Assembly: GCA_964016885.1 (NCBI GenBank) | Contig: OZ024742.1 | Location: forward strand, 265,918,001 to 265,982,000 | From: Eledone cirrhosa | Lineage: Eukaryota | DNA length: 64,000 nucleotides | Direction of reading: 5' to 3' | In this document: piece after piece, positions 16,040 to 30,608 of the stretch | Layout of the letters: each line of letters opens with the position of its first letter | Position numbering within the stretch: position 1 is the stretch's first letter | Made by a program: the position numbers and the translations under genes | Notes under the pieces: model-generated | Told to the model about the DNA's origin: nothing | The model's input: the letters and a program-made list of their open reading frames with translations, nothing else | Database searches by the model: none

Positions 16040-18230
16040 GTGGTCGGCTTAGATAGGCTTCATAGACAGGGACCCGGCTACTGGAACCTAAACGCAACTC
16101 TAACAAGACACAAAGCCTACAGAGACCGTATTAGTGAACTAGTTAAGCGGGCGTTGGCGGGGTCATCGTCAACAACTAGTGGTGGTTTGTTCTGAAAAGA
16201 GCGATTAGAATAGAATCCATTAGGTTTAATAAGGCGGTAGCGCTGCTGAGAAATGAGCCGAACAAGGGGGAAAACAGATAATTTCAGGGCCATACCTCTG
16301 CTAAACGCAGAGTTCAAGATGTTTGCCAAGGTGCTAGCAAAGAGGTTAGCGCTTGTCGTCGGTGGTCTTGTGGGAGAGATGCAGACATGCGCCATTCCAG
16401 ACAGATCCCTCCACAACAACCTCCACCTTATGCAATACATCGTGAAGAGGGTAGCTAATAAACCTGGCACGGATGGGTCCTTGATCAATTTAGATCAGTC
16501 GAAAGCCTTCGATAGGGTCGATCATCGTTATCTGGGGCCGATCTTGAGGGCGGCCGGCTTTGGTGAGAGTGAACGGTCACCTCTCGGAACCGTTCAACAT
16601 CACGCGCTCGGTCCACCAAGGATGTCCCCTCTCGTCCCTGTTGTAGGCATTGACTGCACATACTGGAGACGTTGAGGGGCGTCCTGTGCGAACCGTGTCA
16701 GTATATGCCGACGACGTCACCGTAGTGGTGTCGAGCGTCAAACACATCGAAGCGATCGGCGCTACTCTAAGAGAATACGAAGCGGTGAAAGGAGCAATAA
16801 TTAACCAGGAAAAGTCGGTGGGCCTGCGGATCGGCACCTGGAGAGACAGATCCATGCCGTCCAACAGCGTCGTCGGACAACCAATTAAATTGCTAGGAGT
16901 CTGGTTCGGTCCGGACCTCCAGACAGACAAACGCTGGGACGAGGTGACTAGCAGAGTGGCCTCCCTCATCTAGAAATGGGCCGAAAAGAAGCTATCCTTG
17001 AAAAGTCGAGCGGCGGTGGCGAATGCGTACATCACGTCCGTCGTCTACTACCGCCTGACCGTCATGCCTTGTTCTAAGCCTCACCTGACTGCGCTGGAGC
17101 GTTTGCTCTTTCGCTTTTTGTGGAAGAGACGCTCCGATGGTCAGGTGGTCCATCTGCTGTCAACACCCGCTACGTGGAGGGCTGGGTATACCGCGGCTGG
17201 TGATGTGCAAACATGCGCTCATGCTACGGCATCTCTACCTCTTCCTCGACGGTGAACGGGTGTGGTAGCCGTTTGCTAGACGCGTTTTTCGCCCAGCTCG
17301 TCTCCTTGGCGACGCTGCAATCCTGGATCAAGCGAAGACCGAGCGCGAGCGCTTGGCATTTGGAATGTCTTCAGGCGCTCACAGCCCTCGATCCATCGGG
17401 AAATGCGATCGGTGGAAACTCCACCTTGGCGTTCTATAGAGGGTTAGTGGAGGGCAAGAGCGACGACGTACTTGGGGAGACTCTGGGCGTCGACGAAAAT
17501 CAACTAGCCACTTCCTTCGGGAGAACTTTCGTGTCAGGCTCTATGGACAATATTCAGAAATCCCTGGCCTGGCAGTGCTAACGTGGAGCTTTGCTAGTTC
17601 GGGATAAACTCTACAGGCATGGAAGTGCCGTCAGCCGAGCATGTCCGAGATGCGCGCAGGGCGACGAAACCGTCTTACACGCACTCGTCCCGTGTCCGAG
17701 CATTGCTAACTTGTGGGTTTATGTCGAACACCTGCTGTCGCGTGTATGACGAATCTGGCTATCAGCTGAGTTCATCGTGAGGATTTCCCCGCCGCCTTCC
17801 TTTAGCTAGGTTTTTACCTGCCTGGTGACCATGTCGAAAGAGATCGTGTGGTGGACCCATTTGATAGGGCTGAAGACGAGCACTTACTTCTTCGGCGATG
17901 CCCTGATTAACTTTTTCAAATTTCATTTGAAACGGAAAATCAGGATGAAGAGGGAAGTGCTCGCTTCCCAGCAATTTGTTGAAAGATGGGTGAGTGAGGC
18001 AAGCATGGCCCGAATGAACGGGCCTGCTCTGAGTATGGGCCTGTAGATTGGAGGTGGAAAACTGGAAGAGGGCACTTGCCCTGATGGTCAGTGTTACCGT
18101 GGCTTTTTGAATGGGCTTTCTCCACGAGTGACCCTCGGAAGTCTTCCCTTATTGGGGATATTTCCTTTGTTTCATTTTTTGGCTATTTCCTTTGTTATTG
18201 TTTTTTTCTTTACACGCAGAAATGCCCATC
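16040..18230 (+). mobile_element. Degenerate Tx1-like (L1 group) LINE ORF2 and 3' UTR
   Basis: Motifs GPGYWNLN, NFRAIPLLNAEFKMFAKVLAKRL, LDQSKAFDRVDH, YADD, LLGVWFG and the zinc knuckle CPRC...ETVLHALVPC. There are many stops, frameshifts and deletions. Confidence 0.88.
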
Positions 18231-18899
18231 TTTTACTAGTGCTACAATCATAGCAAAGTTCCTGGAGGGAAATGCCAAGAGAGCCAGAAAAATACAAATC
18301 ATTCCTAACATAAATTTTCAAAAATGTCTGCGGCGAATCTGATACAATGTATATTTTGGCATCAGAGCCAGGCAATATGGCAGTTTCTCGGTAGAGTTCC
18401 CCGCTGAGAAATTGATTAAGAGACACGTAACCGTCACATGGAGGAGTGAGGACTTTATTCTCGCTCCAATTTATTTAGGTAAGCGACGAGCATGAAAATG
18501 TATATTATCTCACCAGAATTGAACATATGGTGGGCTCTGGCATTAGTAATCATAGTAGTAAGGGGCGTGCTGTTGTAGATGAAGAAATATAGACAGTTGA
18601 ATGTGATAATGGAAAAAGACCACATGACCAGTGGCCATGACATATTGTAGCTCAAGCTACACGAGGGCCTTCTGTCCACAAATGTGTATAGTGACTAATA
18701 GAAGGCTCTCTTTCCTACTAAGATCATAACCACAGCAACAACAAAAACAAAAACAGCAACAATAACAAAAAAAGCAGTAGTAGCAATAACAACATCAACA
18801 ACTACTTGCAGCAGCAGCAGTAGACGAAGAAGAAACCAGCACCATACCTCCGGAAAAATCCTTAAGCTCCCTCCCACGAAAATACGACGATACACTATC

Positions 18900-20090
18900 A
18901 CAAAGATTAAACCACTTATACCCCAACAATTTTGCCATTACCCTTAGACTCTGACCTCTCATCACTGTCGATGAAGAGAGCTTCCTTTCGTCGAAAGAGT
19001 CCAGTCCCAGAATGTAAGTTGTTTTTGCTGGCTGTGGGCAGACCCGATAAATATATCTTTAAACTGGTAACTGACCCCTGGCTGGCGGAGGTTAGACGGA
19101 TTTCTTTAGACACCTCAAGGTTTTCCTTTAACGTTCCCCTCTTTGGCGGTACCTGGATATTTCTACAGCCTCTTAGACATACAATGGGATTGTGCGGGCT
19201 TAGCCCATATGAGGAATGGAAGATGCAGCCTTACGAATCTTTCAGACTGTCTGGCAGGTACTGACTGGGTTGTCGACATGTTCTTGTGTAAAAGTGGAAC
19301 AACTACAATAGGTCATCCATATTGTAACTAGATAATGTGTGCTAGACCAGCAGATATGAATGGAGTATCGTATCTACAATTCAAACTAATCGGCTACACA
19401 GACCACAAATTCGTGATCTATGTGGTCGACCTAGTTGGAAGCCATAGAGAATAATCCAGCCAGATGAACGTGTCATCTCCAGTACGCAAGGTCTACACAA
19501 ATGTGATTGGTGGTTTAGTTAAGAGGGAACAACACTCTGATGAAAGATTATAGAGTTGAATCGATAAAATTTAGTAACGATAAGGACAGTTCTGTCTGCG
19601 ATACTCATGGTGATGAAATTATTCTGCACACACTCGTTTAACTTCCGGGCATTACAGATATGTTGTGTTATGGCCAACAGCTACTGTTGAGTGGTGACGA
19701 ATGGATCCGCTTATCGACCGAGACCATCATGAGATTCGCTCCACCACCTCTTGTAACAGAGAAGCGCAGGCAGATGTTCTGTGTGGTAGTTATAACAAAA
19801 GAAGTCATGGGGTTGAGAGGACCGTCATTTTCCTCTTCGAAGGTGGAAAAAGTGATGCCCAGCTCCAGTGAATTTTATAAAAGGTAGGTGACTGTAGCGA
19901 AAATGAGACAAGTGAATGGTTCTACTCTCAGCTTGAGACTCAAGGTTGGTTAAAGTAAAAATTGTAAGCGAACTCACGCGTGCTGGCCAGTGACCATAGA
20001 TCGGTGGATTTTCCAAAAGTAACTTTCAAAAGTAACTTTCTCCTGGGAGAACTTTTCTTCTTGCCACTTTTTTGTTATTCTTTTTACAGG
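18900..20090 (+). mobile_element. Older, heavily decayed Tx1-like remnant
   Basis: The 19660-19887 peptide WIRLSTETIMRFAPPP...KEV resembles the C-terminus encoded at about 17750-17900. Boundaries are uncertain. Confidence 0.4.
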
Positions 20091-20280
20091 TTTTCAAGTA
20101 AATTTACATTGTATCATCTTGTATCGTTTGGCCTGTCTTTGATTGTTATTATTATTTATATTGAACTCTGCCTGTCATCTTTACGGGGTCAATAAAATGA
20201 ACTAGTAGTAACATACTGGTGTCGATTTAATCGACTTTCTCCTCCCCAAAATTGTTGGCCTTATGCTTAAATCAGAAACA

Positions 20281-20299
20281 ATTATTATTACTATTATTA

Positions 20300-20340
<41 letters not shown>

Positions 20341-20341
20341 G
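20281..20341. repeat. (TTA)n microsatellite at the 3' junction of the Dong/R4 element
   Basis: Read directly from the sequence. Confidence 0.9.
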
Positions 20342-23300
20342 TTCTTTGAGTCTCAGTCATTGATGTTATTTAACTGGAAAGTTTGTTGAAATGAATATCA
20401 AGCCGCTACCTGCAGCCTCAGATATTCAGCACGTATCGGAGGGTTCTTGCTGTTCCCAGCAAACATGCCTTTTGAAGTGTTCCAAAAAGCGGAGCTGAAC
20501 TAATCTTCTTTAACCATCTTTGGAAACTCTTTGAGATAGGACCTAGTGCGCCTATGACAATCGGGACGACCTTGATTTCATGGCAGTTCCAAATCCTTTT
20601 TAACTCCCACTTTAAGTCCTGGTATCGGTTAATTTTCTCCCTCTCCTTTTCTTGCACTCTCGTGTCAAATGGGCAGGCTAGATCTACAATCAGGCACGAT
20701 CTTTTTTGTCCAAAACCACCAGGTCAGGCCTATTGTGTTCTAATTACTTGTATGTCTTTATCCTAAAATCCCACAGCACCTTCACCTGATCGTTTTCTAT
20801 CACCGACTCTGGCTTATGCTCATACCACTTCTCAGAATGTGGTAAATTGTTTACTTTGCATAGATGCCAGTGGATCACCCTACCTATCACATCATGTCTC
20901 GAGCCTTTATAGTGAGTCTGGGCTAAGTGTTTACACTCGGATACAATGTGAGCCACAGTCTCCTCTCTCTCTCTCTCCACAGATCCTACACAGTGGGCTA
21001 GCCTCCTCCTTGTAAATATGGTGTTTCACCCACTTCGTTCTGGGGGCTTGCTCTTGTGCAGCCATTAACATTCCTTCTGTAGCTTTTTTAAGGTCTCCTC
21101 TTTTTAACCAGTTCCATGTCTGTGGATCTCTAAATTCAATTTTCCTAAAGAAGGTACTATGAAGGGATTTTTCATGAAGGTTGCTCCTTCTCCTTGTTGT
21201 TATTTCCTCCTTGGTCGTCCCCTGGTCTATTGTCTTCTCCTTCAGTACAATTTTGAGCATTGGCTCCCTACTGTCAGTCACGTATTTGTGCAGGTTGTTT
21301 TTCTCCATCTGAACACAGTCCTCTATGCTGATAAGACCTCTTCCACCTTCAGATCTCTTTAAGTAGAGTCTATTGACATCACTCCTCTTGTGGAACCTGT
21401 TGTAGATAGTCAATAGCTTCCTAGTCTTCCTATCCATTTCTTTTTGTTCAGCAACATTCCATTTCAGAATTCCCGCGCTGTACCTAATAATAGACACAGC
21501 TCGGGAATTCACTGCACTTATGACATTCCTACTATTTAGATGTGATTTTAATACGCTCCTTACTCTCCTTATATACTCAGATCTTGTCAATTCCTTCATT
21601 TTTTTGTTCTTGATGTCATCTGCCTCCAGAACACCTAAATATTTGCATTCCTCCTCAGTGTCAATTTCCTTTATCATCTCACCTGTTGGTACCTGGATTC
21701 CGTTGCTTCTGCTCAATTTACCCCTCTTCATCACTAGGACTCCACACTTATTAATACCAAATTGCATACATATATCATTGCTGAAAATACGGACAGTGTC
21801 AACAATACATCCAACTCCTTCTCACTCTTCCCAAAGAGTTTAAGATCGTCCATGAAGAGGAGGTGGTTGATGGTAAGCTCTCCTTTTCCCAACTTGTATC
21901 CTGCTCTCACTTTTCGCAGGGCAAGGACAAACAACAGAGGGGACAAACTATCTCCCTGGAAGATACCTCTCTTGATCTTCATGCCTCCAAAGGATTCTCC
22001 ACCCGATGTTAACTCTGTTTCCCAGGACTTCATACTTTTGCTCAAAAACTGTATGATGTTATTGGCCACCTTGAAAATCTCTAGGCTTTTGGTTATCCAA
22101 GAATGAGGTACCATGTTTTGTAATCTATCCATCCCATGGCAAGATCACTGTGCCTCCTCTTGCAATTCTTCATTACCATCTTATCAATAAGTAACTGATC
22201 TTTTGTACCACGGGACTTCTTTCGGCATCCTTTCTGTTCGTCCGGTAACAAGTTGTTTATGTGGAGGTGATGGTAGATTTCCTCAGACACAATGCTTGTT
22301 AACAGTCTCCACATTACGGACAGACATGTGATGTGCCTACAGTTGGTAACATCATTACCCTTGATTCGGTCTTTCATTACCAGAACTGTGGTACCTTTTT
22401 TGTCAACCACTCTGGTACCTCACCCAACATCAAGCACATTTGTCAGTTTCGGGTGGAGGGATGTTATGTTTTTAATCTAATACCCTTGCACACCATCTGG
22501 GCCTGGTGATTCCCAGTTGGTTAGTTTTTTGGCCTGCCCTTTAAGAGTTTCAACTGTGATACTCAAATCAGGTTGTTGGTGTTTACTAATCTCCTTTTGA
22601 ACTGTTTCAATCCAAACTGCCTGACCATCATGTTCAATATCCTGCTCCCATATTCCTCTCCAGAATGTCTTAGTCTATTCCACCTCAGGGAACACTTCGT
22701 TGCCTCTTTCTTTTCCTTCAAGCTGTCTAAACAACATCTTCTGGTGTTGTTAAACATGCGGTTCTGTCTATACTGACTGACTCTGTTCTTATACCGCCTA
22801 ATCTTTGCACTTTTTGCTACAATGCGTTGCTTCAGTTCCTCTCTGATAATATTTAGCTTTTTCCCCCTAGTTTTGTATTTTATTTCCAATCTATCTTTAG
22901 TGTCTATGTTTTGTAATGCCCCATTCAGTAAGGACTCAAGCTTTCCAATGTCTTTTCTCATTTCCTTGATTTGACCATTCAGTCGTTTCTTCCACCAAGG
23001 TTATGATCTTTCTTGTTTGTTGTTTCCTCTCGTTTTTATGCCAAGTAATTTCCTCACCGCATTTGCGGTTGCTTTGAGGATATTGTTGCATTGGTGAAGG
23101 TTCCTCGCCTCAAGGTATGGGATGACTTTGTTTACCTTAGCTGTTGTTTCTTTTAACTTTTTCCTGTCTACAAATCTTAGGTTCATAGGTTTTCCACTAT
23201 CATTGTTCCTTTCATCTACCACTAAGTTCAGGATATCAACCAGATCTTGTCCTAGCCAGTCAGCATTCATTTCCTCAATGGCCGTATCTTTGTTCCAGAT

Positions 23301-23895
23301 TTATTTCAGCATTCAGATCATTGTCTGCTTCGGATGCTTCCGCTGGTCTCTCAACCTCTTCATCTTCATTTCCCACTAGCTCGTTTGCCTGATATACTCC
23401 ACTCTCCATTTCCAACTTAATCTCTCTGCTTAGTTCCTCACGTTCCAACTTGCTTATCCATCCATTAGTTCTTATTACCCGAGCCTGCCCGGCCAATTTT
23501 TGTTCATCTAATTTAAATAGACCAATCTCGTTTCAGATGTTATGCATCTGTTTCCTATAGCCTTTTTCCATGGGGTTACTCTTCAGGTAACATTTCATGA
23601 CAGTTCTATTCAATTCTTTCATCCAGTTGGTTCTTGTCCCTTTCCTTCTTCTTCTTCCTCCAACACCAGCAGTATTTGGATGACAGCCAAGTCCCTGCTG
23701 CTGGGCCAGGGAGCACTTGCTGGGTGAGAGTCTGTCACATGACGTTCTAGTCTCCTTTTCACCGTTATTCGAACTGTTTAGGTTCGACATTTAAACACTC
23801 ATATCGAGGATCGGTGAATGTATGGTTACATAACCACCGGTGATTTCATCACCCCCGATGATTTTAGCGTGGCACCATCACGCTGTAGACGAACA
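20342..23895 (-). mobile_element. R4-clade (Dong-like) non-LTR retrotransposon, about full length but disrupted; RT + CCHC + restriction-like endonuclease
   Basis: Motifs EQKGCRKKSRGTKDQLLID, GIFQGDSLSPLLF, HLLFMDDLKLF, CRIC...ETVAHIVSEC...RHD and KINRYQDL...VPIVIGALG. The 3' end abuts (TAA)n, the known Dong target. Confidence 0.9.
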
Positions 23896-24299
23896 TAAAT
23901 AAATAAACAAATAAATAGATAAAAACTTTTAAAAAATAAACATAAGTTTCATTGTAATGTTTGAATGTCTGACTTATATTTTTGGGATTTTTTTTTCCCC
24001 TTTTGTTTTTCAAGGCCATTAACATCGGTTATTAGTGTTGTTGTTGTTGCTGTTGCTGCTGTTTTTTTTATTTTAGCTACGAGGGATGTAGGTGTTGTTG
24101 CGTTCAAAACTTTTGAAATTTGTTTTTCTTTTGCTGTTGCGTTTGTTTTTGTCTGTGTTCTGTTCTGTAATTTTTCGACTTGTTGCTTATCATTGTTATT
24201 ATTATATTATAGTTTAGATTTGACATCGTTTAAACTAAACATTTTGAGAGAGTTTAGAGATACAACAACAATATTTATTATTATTATTACGCTGAGTAT

Positions 24300-24612
24300 A
24301 TGCCTGTAAATTGAATGTGAAAACTTGGAGAGAACACTTGCCCTGGTGGTCAGGATCACCGTGGCTTTTTTTAATGGGCTTTCTCCACGATGGCCCTCGG
24401 AATTCTCACCCCTATTGGGGAATTTTTCATTGTTCCTTTATTACATCCTCTGTTTTGGGGGTTTTTTTACACGCAGAAATGCCCATTTGTACCGTCCTGT
24501 ATTGTCCTGTACTGTCCTTAATGTCTACTTTATGTAAACCCTTGTGGTTAATAAAGAAAGCATTATTATTATTATTATTATTATTATTGTTATTGTTATT
24601 AATATTATTATT
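24300..24612 (+). mobile_element. 3' UTR fragment of the Tx1-like LINE with (TTA)n tail
   Basis: 24333-24425 matches 18072-18165, followed by AATAAA and then (TTA)n. Confidence 0.75.
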
Positions 24613-24912
24613 GGCCCTAGAGGCCAATAAAGAAACCATTATTATTACTGTTGTTGTTGTTGTTTGTGTTAATATTATTATTAACATTAATATGTTTACT
24701 ATTTGGTTCCGGTTATTTCATACGTTTTCATGTTTCAGATATTTGTTTTTATCTTTGATTTTTGTTATTATTTTATTTTTTCCTCTTGTTTTATGAATAA
24801 ACCTCAGCAGGACATTCCAAACATTTTCTGATAGTGACTAGATGGCGCCACTATTGGATGCCAAACTGAGCTGTTTTCAATACTGAATATAGACACACGC
24901 ATACACACACAG

Positions 24913-24948
<36 letters not shown>

Positions 24949-24949
24949 G

Positions 24950-24995
<46 letters not shown>

Positions 24996-25014
24996 TATAG
25001 ATATATATTTATGT

Positions 25015-25057
<43 letters not shown>

Positions 25058-25079
25058 TAGATATATATATATATTTATG

Positions 25080-25116
<37 letters not shown>

Positions 25117-25188
25117 ATATACAAATATAAATATACATATATATATACATGTATATATGCATATATATATATGTATATATACATATAT

Positions 25189-25258
<70 letters not shown>

Positions 25259-25354
25259 TTGTGTTTATTGTATATACATCTATAGGATAAATGTACATGT
25301 TCTTATATAAAGCTTTGCATGTATGCACACATGTACATTAGATATGTATATATG

Positions 25355-25450
<96 letters not shown>

Positions 25451-25691
25451 TGTATGTCTGTGCTTGTATGTACTTCGTTTCCATAAATATGTATATATTT
25501 AAACATTAAAAGTTTGTAACACTTATATCACTCCCTTTCTTACATACGCATAAACCCAATGACAAACATAGACCCACATACAAAACAAACACACATGTGT
25601 GTGTTGTGCAGAGATGAGTGTATGAAAAAGAGATAGAGAAAATGTGCGAGTACACACACACATGCATACGCGTAGAGTTTGTGTATATTTT

Positions 25692-25823
25692 TATATCAAT
25701 ACATATTATATAACCACTTATGCAAATAGAGATTCCTTCAGGTGCATATATATATATATGTATATATATGCACCTGAAGGAATCTGCATTTGCATAAGTG
25801 GTTATATAATATGTATTGATATA
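25692..25823. repeat. About 130 bp hairpin with a TA-rich centre
   Basis: TATCAATACATATTATATAACCACTTATGCAAAT...CCTTCAGGTGCATAT is mirrored downstream. Confidence 0.85.
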
Positions 25824-25833
25824 TATATAAATG

Positions 25834-25918
<85 letters not shown>

Positions 25919-25922
<4 letters not shown>

Positions 25923-26208
25923 AGTACATCTACCAACATATGTGTACAGATGTACACTCATGCTAGCAAATATATAAGTTATGTCTTAGTACCTATGTGG
26001 TTCTATGCAGGTGAATGCAGAACAATTATATGAAAGACGTAAAATAAGAAAATTTTAAAAATTAAAAATCAACTTACTAAAATTTTCACTCCAACTAATT
26101 AGTTTCTGTAATGAATTCTCTATAGTTATATATATTATGTAACTATATTTATCCCATTACAGAAACTAATTAGTTGGAGTGAAAATTTTAGTAAGTTGAT
26201 TTTTAATT
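25919..26208 (-). mobile_element. Family-F non-autonomous element, folded back at hammerhead helix II
   Basis: Homologous to 28303-28500. The inverted arms are 26060-26113 and 26155-26208. Confidence 0.8.
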
Positions 26209-26380
26209 ATACATGTATATATATATATGTATATTTATATTTGTATATATACATATAAAATAAATAAATATATATATATATATATTTTAATAAATATTTG
26301 CTCTACGGTTCTTATATATTTGATATATATTTATCCTTATCGAGCCCTTTTTGGATTTTAGTCTTCAAATTTATTATTAT

Positions 26381-26494
<114 letters not shown>

Positions 26495-26496
26495 GT

Positions 26497-26615
26497 GAAG
26501 GCGTGTGGCTGAGTGGTTAGAGAATTGGATTCGCAATCGTAAGGTTGTGAGTTCGATTCCTGGACCAGGCGATGCGTTATGTCCTTGAGCAAGACACTTT
26601 ATTTCACGCTGCTCC
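26497..26615 (+). mobile_element. SINE family A-related 5' part (tRNA head)
   Basis: TGGCTGAGTGGTTAG A box and GTTCGATTCC B box, followed by GTCCTTGAGCAAGACACT. Confidence 0.7.
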
Positions 26616-27344
26616 TTCTACCTGGAGTTGCGACCGATAGATAGTATTAGCAATTGGAAAGACCACGGAAACATTGTTCCCTCGGTCCGATTTGACGAAA
26701 GTCGATCGTTCCTATATATATTAGACGACGTGTATTTGTGTATTTATGACTTGGAAAAATATTCATAAGAATACGAATGGCTGGTGCGTGTTTGTAAAAT
26801 CAGCTCCAAGAAAAATGCGTGTTGTCGCTCTGCATTTTTTTTTTGCCGGAGTGTCTGTGTTATTTTTATGACGTCCGTTTGTAACGTCCGTTTGTGATGT
26901 CAGAGCTATCACACCACAGGTGTCGCTTCGCTACAATATTATACATATATATATATATATCTTGGAGTTGTACGTGTGTGTTATATAGTTATAGAGGTAA
27001 GTATATACATTTTAATTTATATTTTTAATTATTGTATGTCTACCCTGCCTTTCATAGGTTATAGATTCCATACACTGGTGGTTTTTCCCTGTTTTATGGA
27101 TGGCGCACTATCTCTCTCTCTAGTGTGTTACCTTTTCAACATATTGTATTTTAAAGAGCTCAGGATTCCTTTTCCTTTGAGCACATTATTGACAGGGAAT
27201 AGCGAGAGTCTTGGCTCCGTTAATTTATCGGCATATATACATATATAGAGGTAAAAACAAAAAACAAAAACAATAACGAAGAGTGCAGTACGAATAGTGT
27301 TGGTATTATATATATACACACACACATATATATATATATACATA

Positions 27345-28032
<688 letters not shown>

Positions 28033-28058
28033 TATATACAGATATATATATATATATA

Positions 28059-28124
28059 GGGCGGTGCCCCAGCATGGCCTCAGCCGGATGGCTGGAGCAG
28101 GTAAAATAGTAAAAGAGTAATATA

Positions 28125-28198
<74 letters not shown>

Positions 28199-28255
28199 TC
28201 TTTTACTCTCTTACCTGTTCCAGCCATCCGGCTGAGGCCATGCTGAGGCACCGCG
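28059..28255. repeat. Inverted pair of a roughly 60 bp repeat around (TA)n
   Basis: GCGGTGCCCCAGCATGGCCTCAGCCGGATGGCTGGA...AAAAGA at 28060-28118 is mirrored at 28197-28255. Confidence 0.85.
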
Positions 28256-28302
28256 CTATATATATATATATATATATGCATGTGTATATATATATATATA
28301 AA

Positions 28303-29007
28303 AATTAATATATCTACTGACATGTGTATACAGATGCATACCTACGCTAGCAGATATATATGTTTTGTCTTAGTAACTTTGTAGTTCTATGCAGGGGAAT
28401 GCAGAACAATTATATGAAAGACGTAAATAAGAAAGTTATGAAAATTGACTTACTTACTAAAATTTCACTCCAACTAATTAGTTTCTGTAAGGGGATAAAT
28501 ACAGTTATGTAATACCTGTAGAGAAGCCTTACATCATCAGGGAGTCTATTCTCAGCTAAGCCACCAGGCAATGCGGGGACACTGGAACCTTATATAACAA
28601 TAAATCAGTGGATGGAAAAAAGCGAAAAAATCGAGCGGGGCTAGATTCTAAGCACTGAAAAATTCGCTGCCTCCTTGGTCAAGTGGCAAATTCAAAAGAA
28701 TTAATCACGTGACACTGAGGTTAACCAGCTTGGAGTGGGGGTGCTATTAAGACAGAGCCTAGCCACTACTATCAGTCACAGTAGTAATTTGGCAAATTTT
28801 GCTCAACAAATAATTTGGAGAAGAATATAAAGAATTAATATATCTACCGACATATGTATACAGATGCATACCTACACTAGCAGATATATATATGTTTTGT
28901 CTTAGAAACTTTGTAGTTCTATGCAGGGGAATGCAGAACAATTATATGATTAGTTGGAGTGAAATTTTAGTAAGTAAGTCAATTTTCATAACTTTCTTAT
29001 TTACGTC

Positions 29008-29015
<8 letters not shown>
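28303..29015 (-). mobile_element. Family-F non-coding element: 530 bp hammerhead-bearing unit, partial tandem copy and inverted tail
   Basis: 28303-28418 is repeated at 28833-28949. 28949-29015 is the reverse complement of about 28411-28478. (TA)n flanks both sides. Confidence 0.8.
28467..28545 (-). ncRNA. Type I hammerhead ribozyme, canonical core, large loop II
   Basis: Minus strand: ACTCC-CTGATGA-TGTAAGG[loop]CCTTACA-GAAA-CTAATTAG-TT-GGAGT. Helix I has 5 bp, helix II has 7 bp, helix III is palindromic, and the site is GUU. Confidence 0.85.
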
Positions 29016-29052
<37 letters not shown>

Positions 29053-29069
29053 CGTGTGTGTGTGTGTGC

Positions 29070-29129
<60 letters not shown>

Positions 29130-29262
29130 ATAATAATAAAAGACGGCTCGATAAGGATAAATATATATCAAATATATGAGAACCGTAGAGCAATAGTTTC
29201 AGAAGATCCCGTTAAGAGTGAAAGCAGCGATTCTTTGCTTAAACTTTAATCTGATATTTTAA

Positions 29263-29344
<82 letters not shown>

Positions 29345-29641
29345 AGAGTATACCTAAATATATTCTTACATGAATATATATCAGGCTTCTACATAAACTG
29401 GAAATATTCTCCGAATTTGTAGAAAACTTATAATGAAACAATTGTTTGGAAAGAGAGATATATTTTAACTTTAATTATATCTCATAAAATAATACAACTG
29501 GCTTTTCCACATAATACATATTGTTAGCACCCCAAACACTTAAATTGGGTTTATATTAAAATATAACCTAATGTTTGTTGAGTGAGATGGTTACCAGTCA
29601 AAGATTAGCTTTAAACTATCTCTGTTATTGTATTAATTATA

Positions 29642-29725
<84 letters not shown>

Positions 29726-30199
29726 TATATATATATATATATATACAAAATTAAATTAAGGTTGTCATCACTGCAGAATAAGCTCAAAGAATCCAATGAA
29801 TAGATCTGAGCATTTTATATCATCTAGAAGTAGATTGACACATATATATATAATATAAACACATGAAACAATCTCAGGGAATAATTTGTAAAGTGTGTAA
29901 TCACACATAGCTAGGTAGGTAACTAATTAAAGTTTAACTAGAACTTCAAATATAGATACCTTTTAAAATGATTAATCTCCTTTGTATATATTTCTTTAAA
30001 TAAAAAATATATTTCACCAATTAACCAGTAAATCACAGCGGTCAAATCCTGGATGGTCACCAAAGAAGAAGATCCAATCATATGTGTTTACACATCAAAT
30101 GCAAATCTATATATATATGCATGTATATATATATGTATGTATATATATAATACCAACACTATTCGTATTGCATTCTTCGTTATTGTTTTTGTTTTTACC

Positions 30200-30239
<40 letters not shown>

Positions 30240-30327
30240 ACATATTCATTTGCATATTCACACATAAGTTTGAATAATCCCTAATATAAATATGGTTTTA
30301 TAAATATAGTTTCCATTTATTTAATAC

Positions 30328-30365
<38 letters not shown>

Positions 30366-30608
30366 TTGGTTAGCACAGGCTTGGTTCGATAAATTCATTC
30401 CAACTTCATTGTGCGTGTAATGTGTGCAAGCGAGATTAAAGATGATACTATAACCTCGTCAACATATATATATGTTTTGATAATTTGCCTAGTGTATGCA
30501 AAAATATTTGCTCAACAGGTTTATATACACATATATATACAACCTTTATCGAGATCGAGTCCTCCTTGGATTTGGTATTTGTGTTTATTATTATTGTATA
30601 TATATTTA

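Noticed and set aside
15749-16195. Gly/Ser-rich protein
   Set aside because: It is a 9-mer minisatellite fused to a Tx1 fragment.
19535-19575. CTGATGA motif
   Set aside because: No correctly placed GAAA or helix III.
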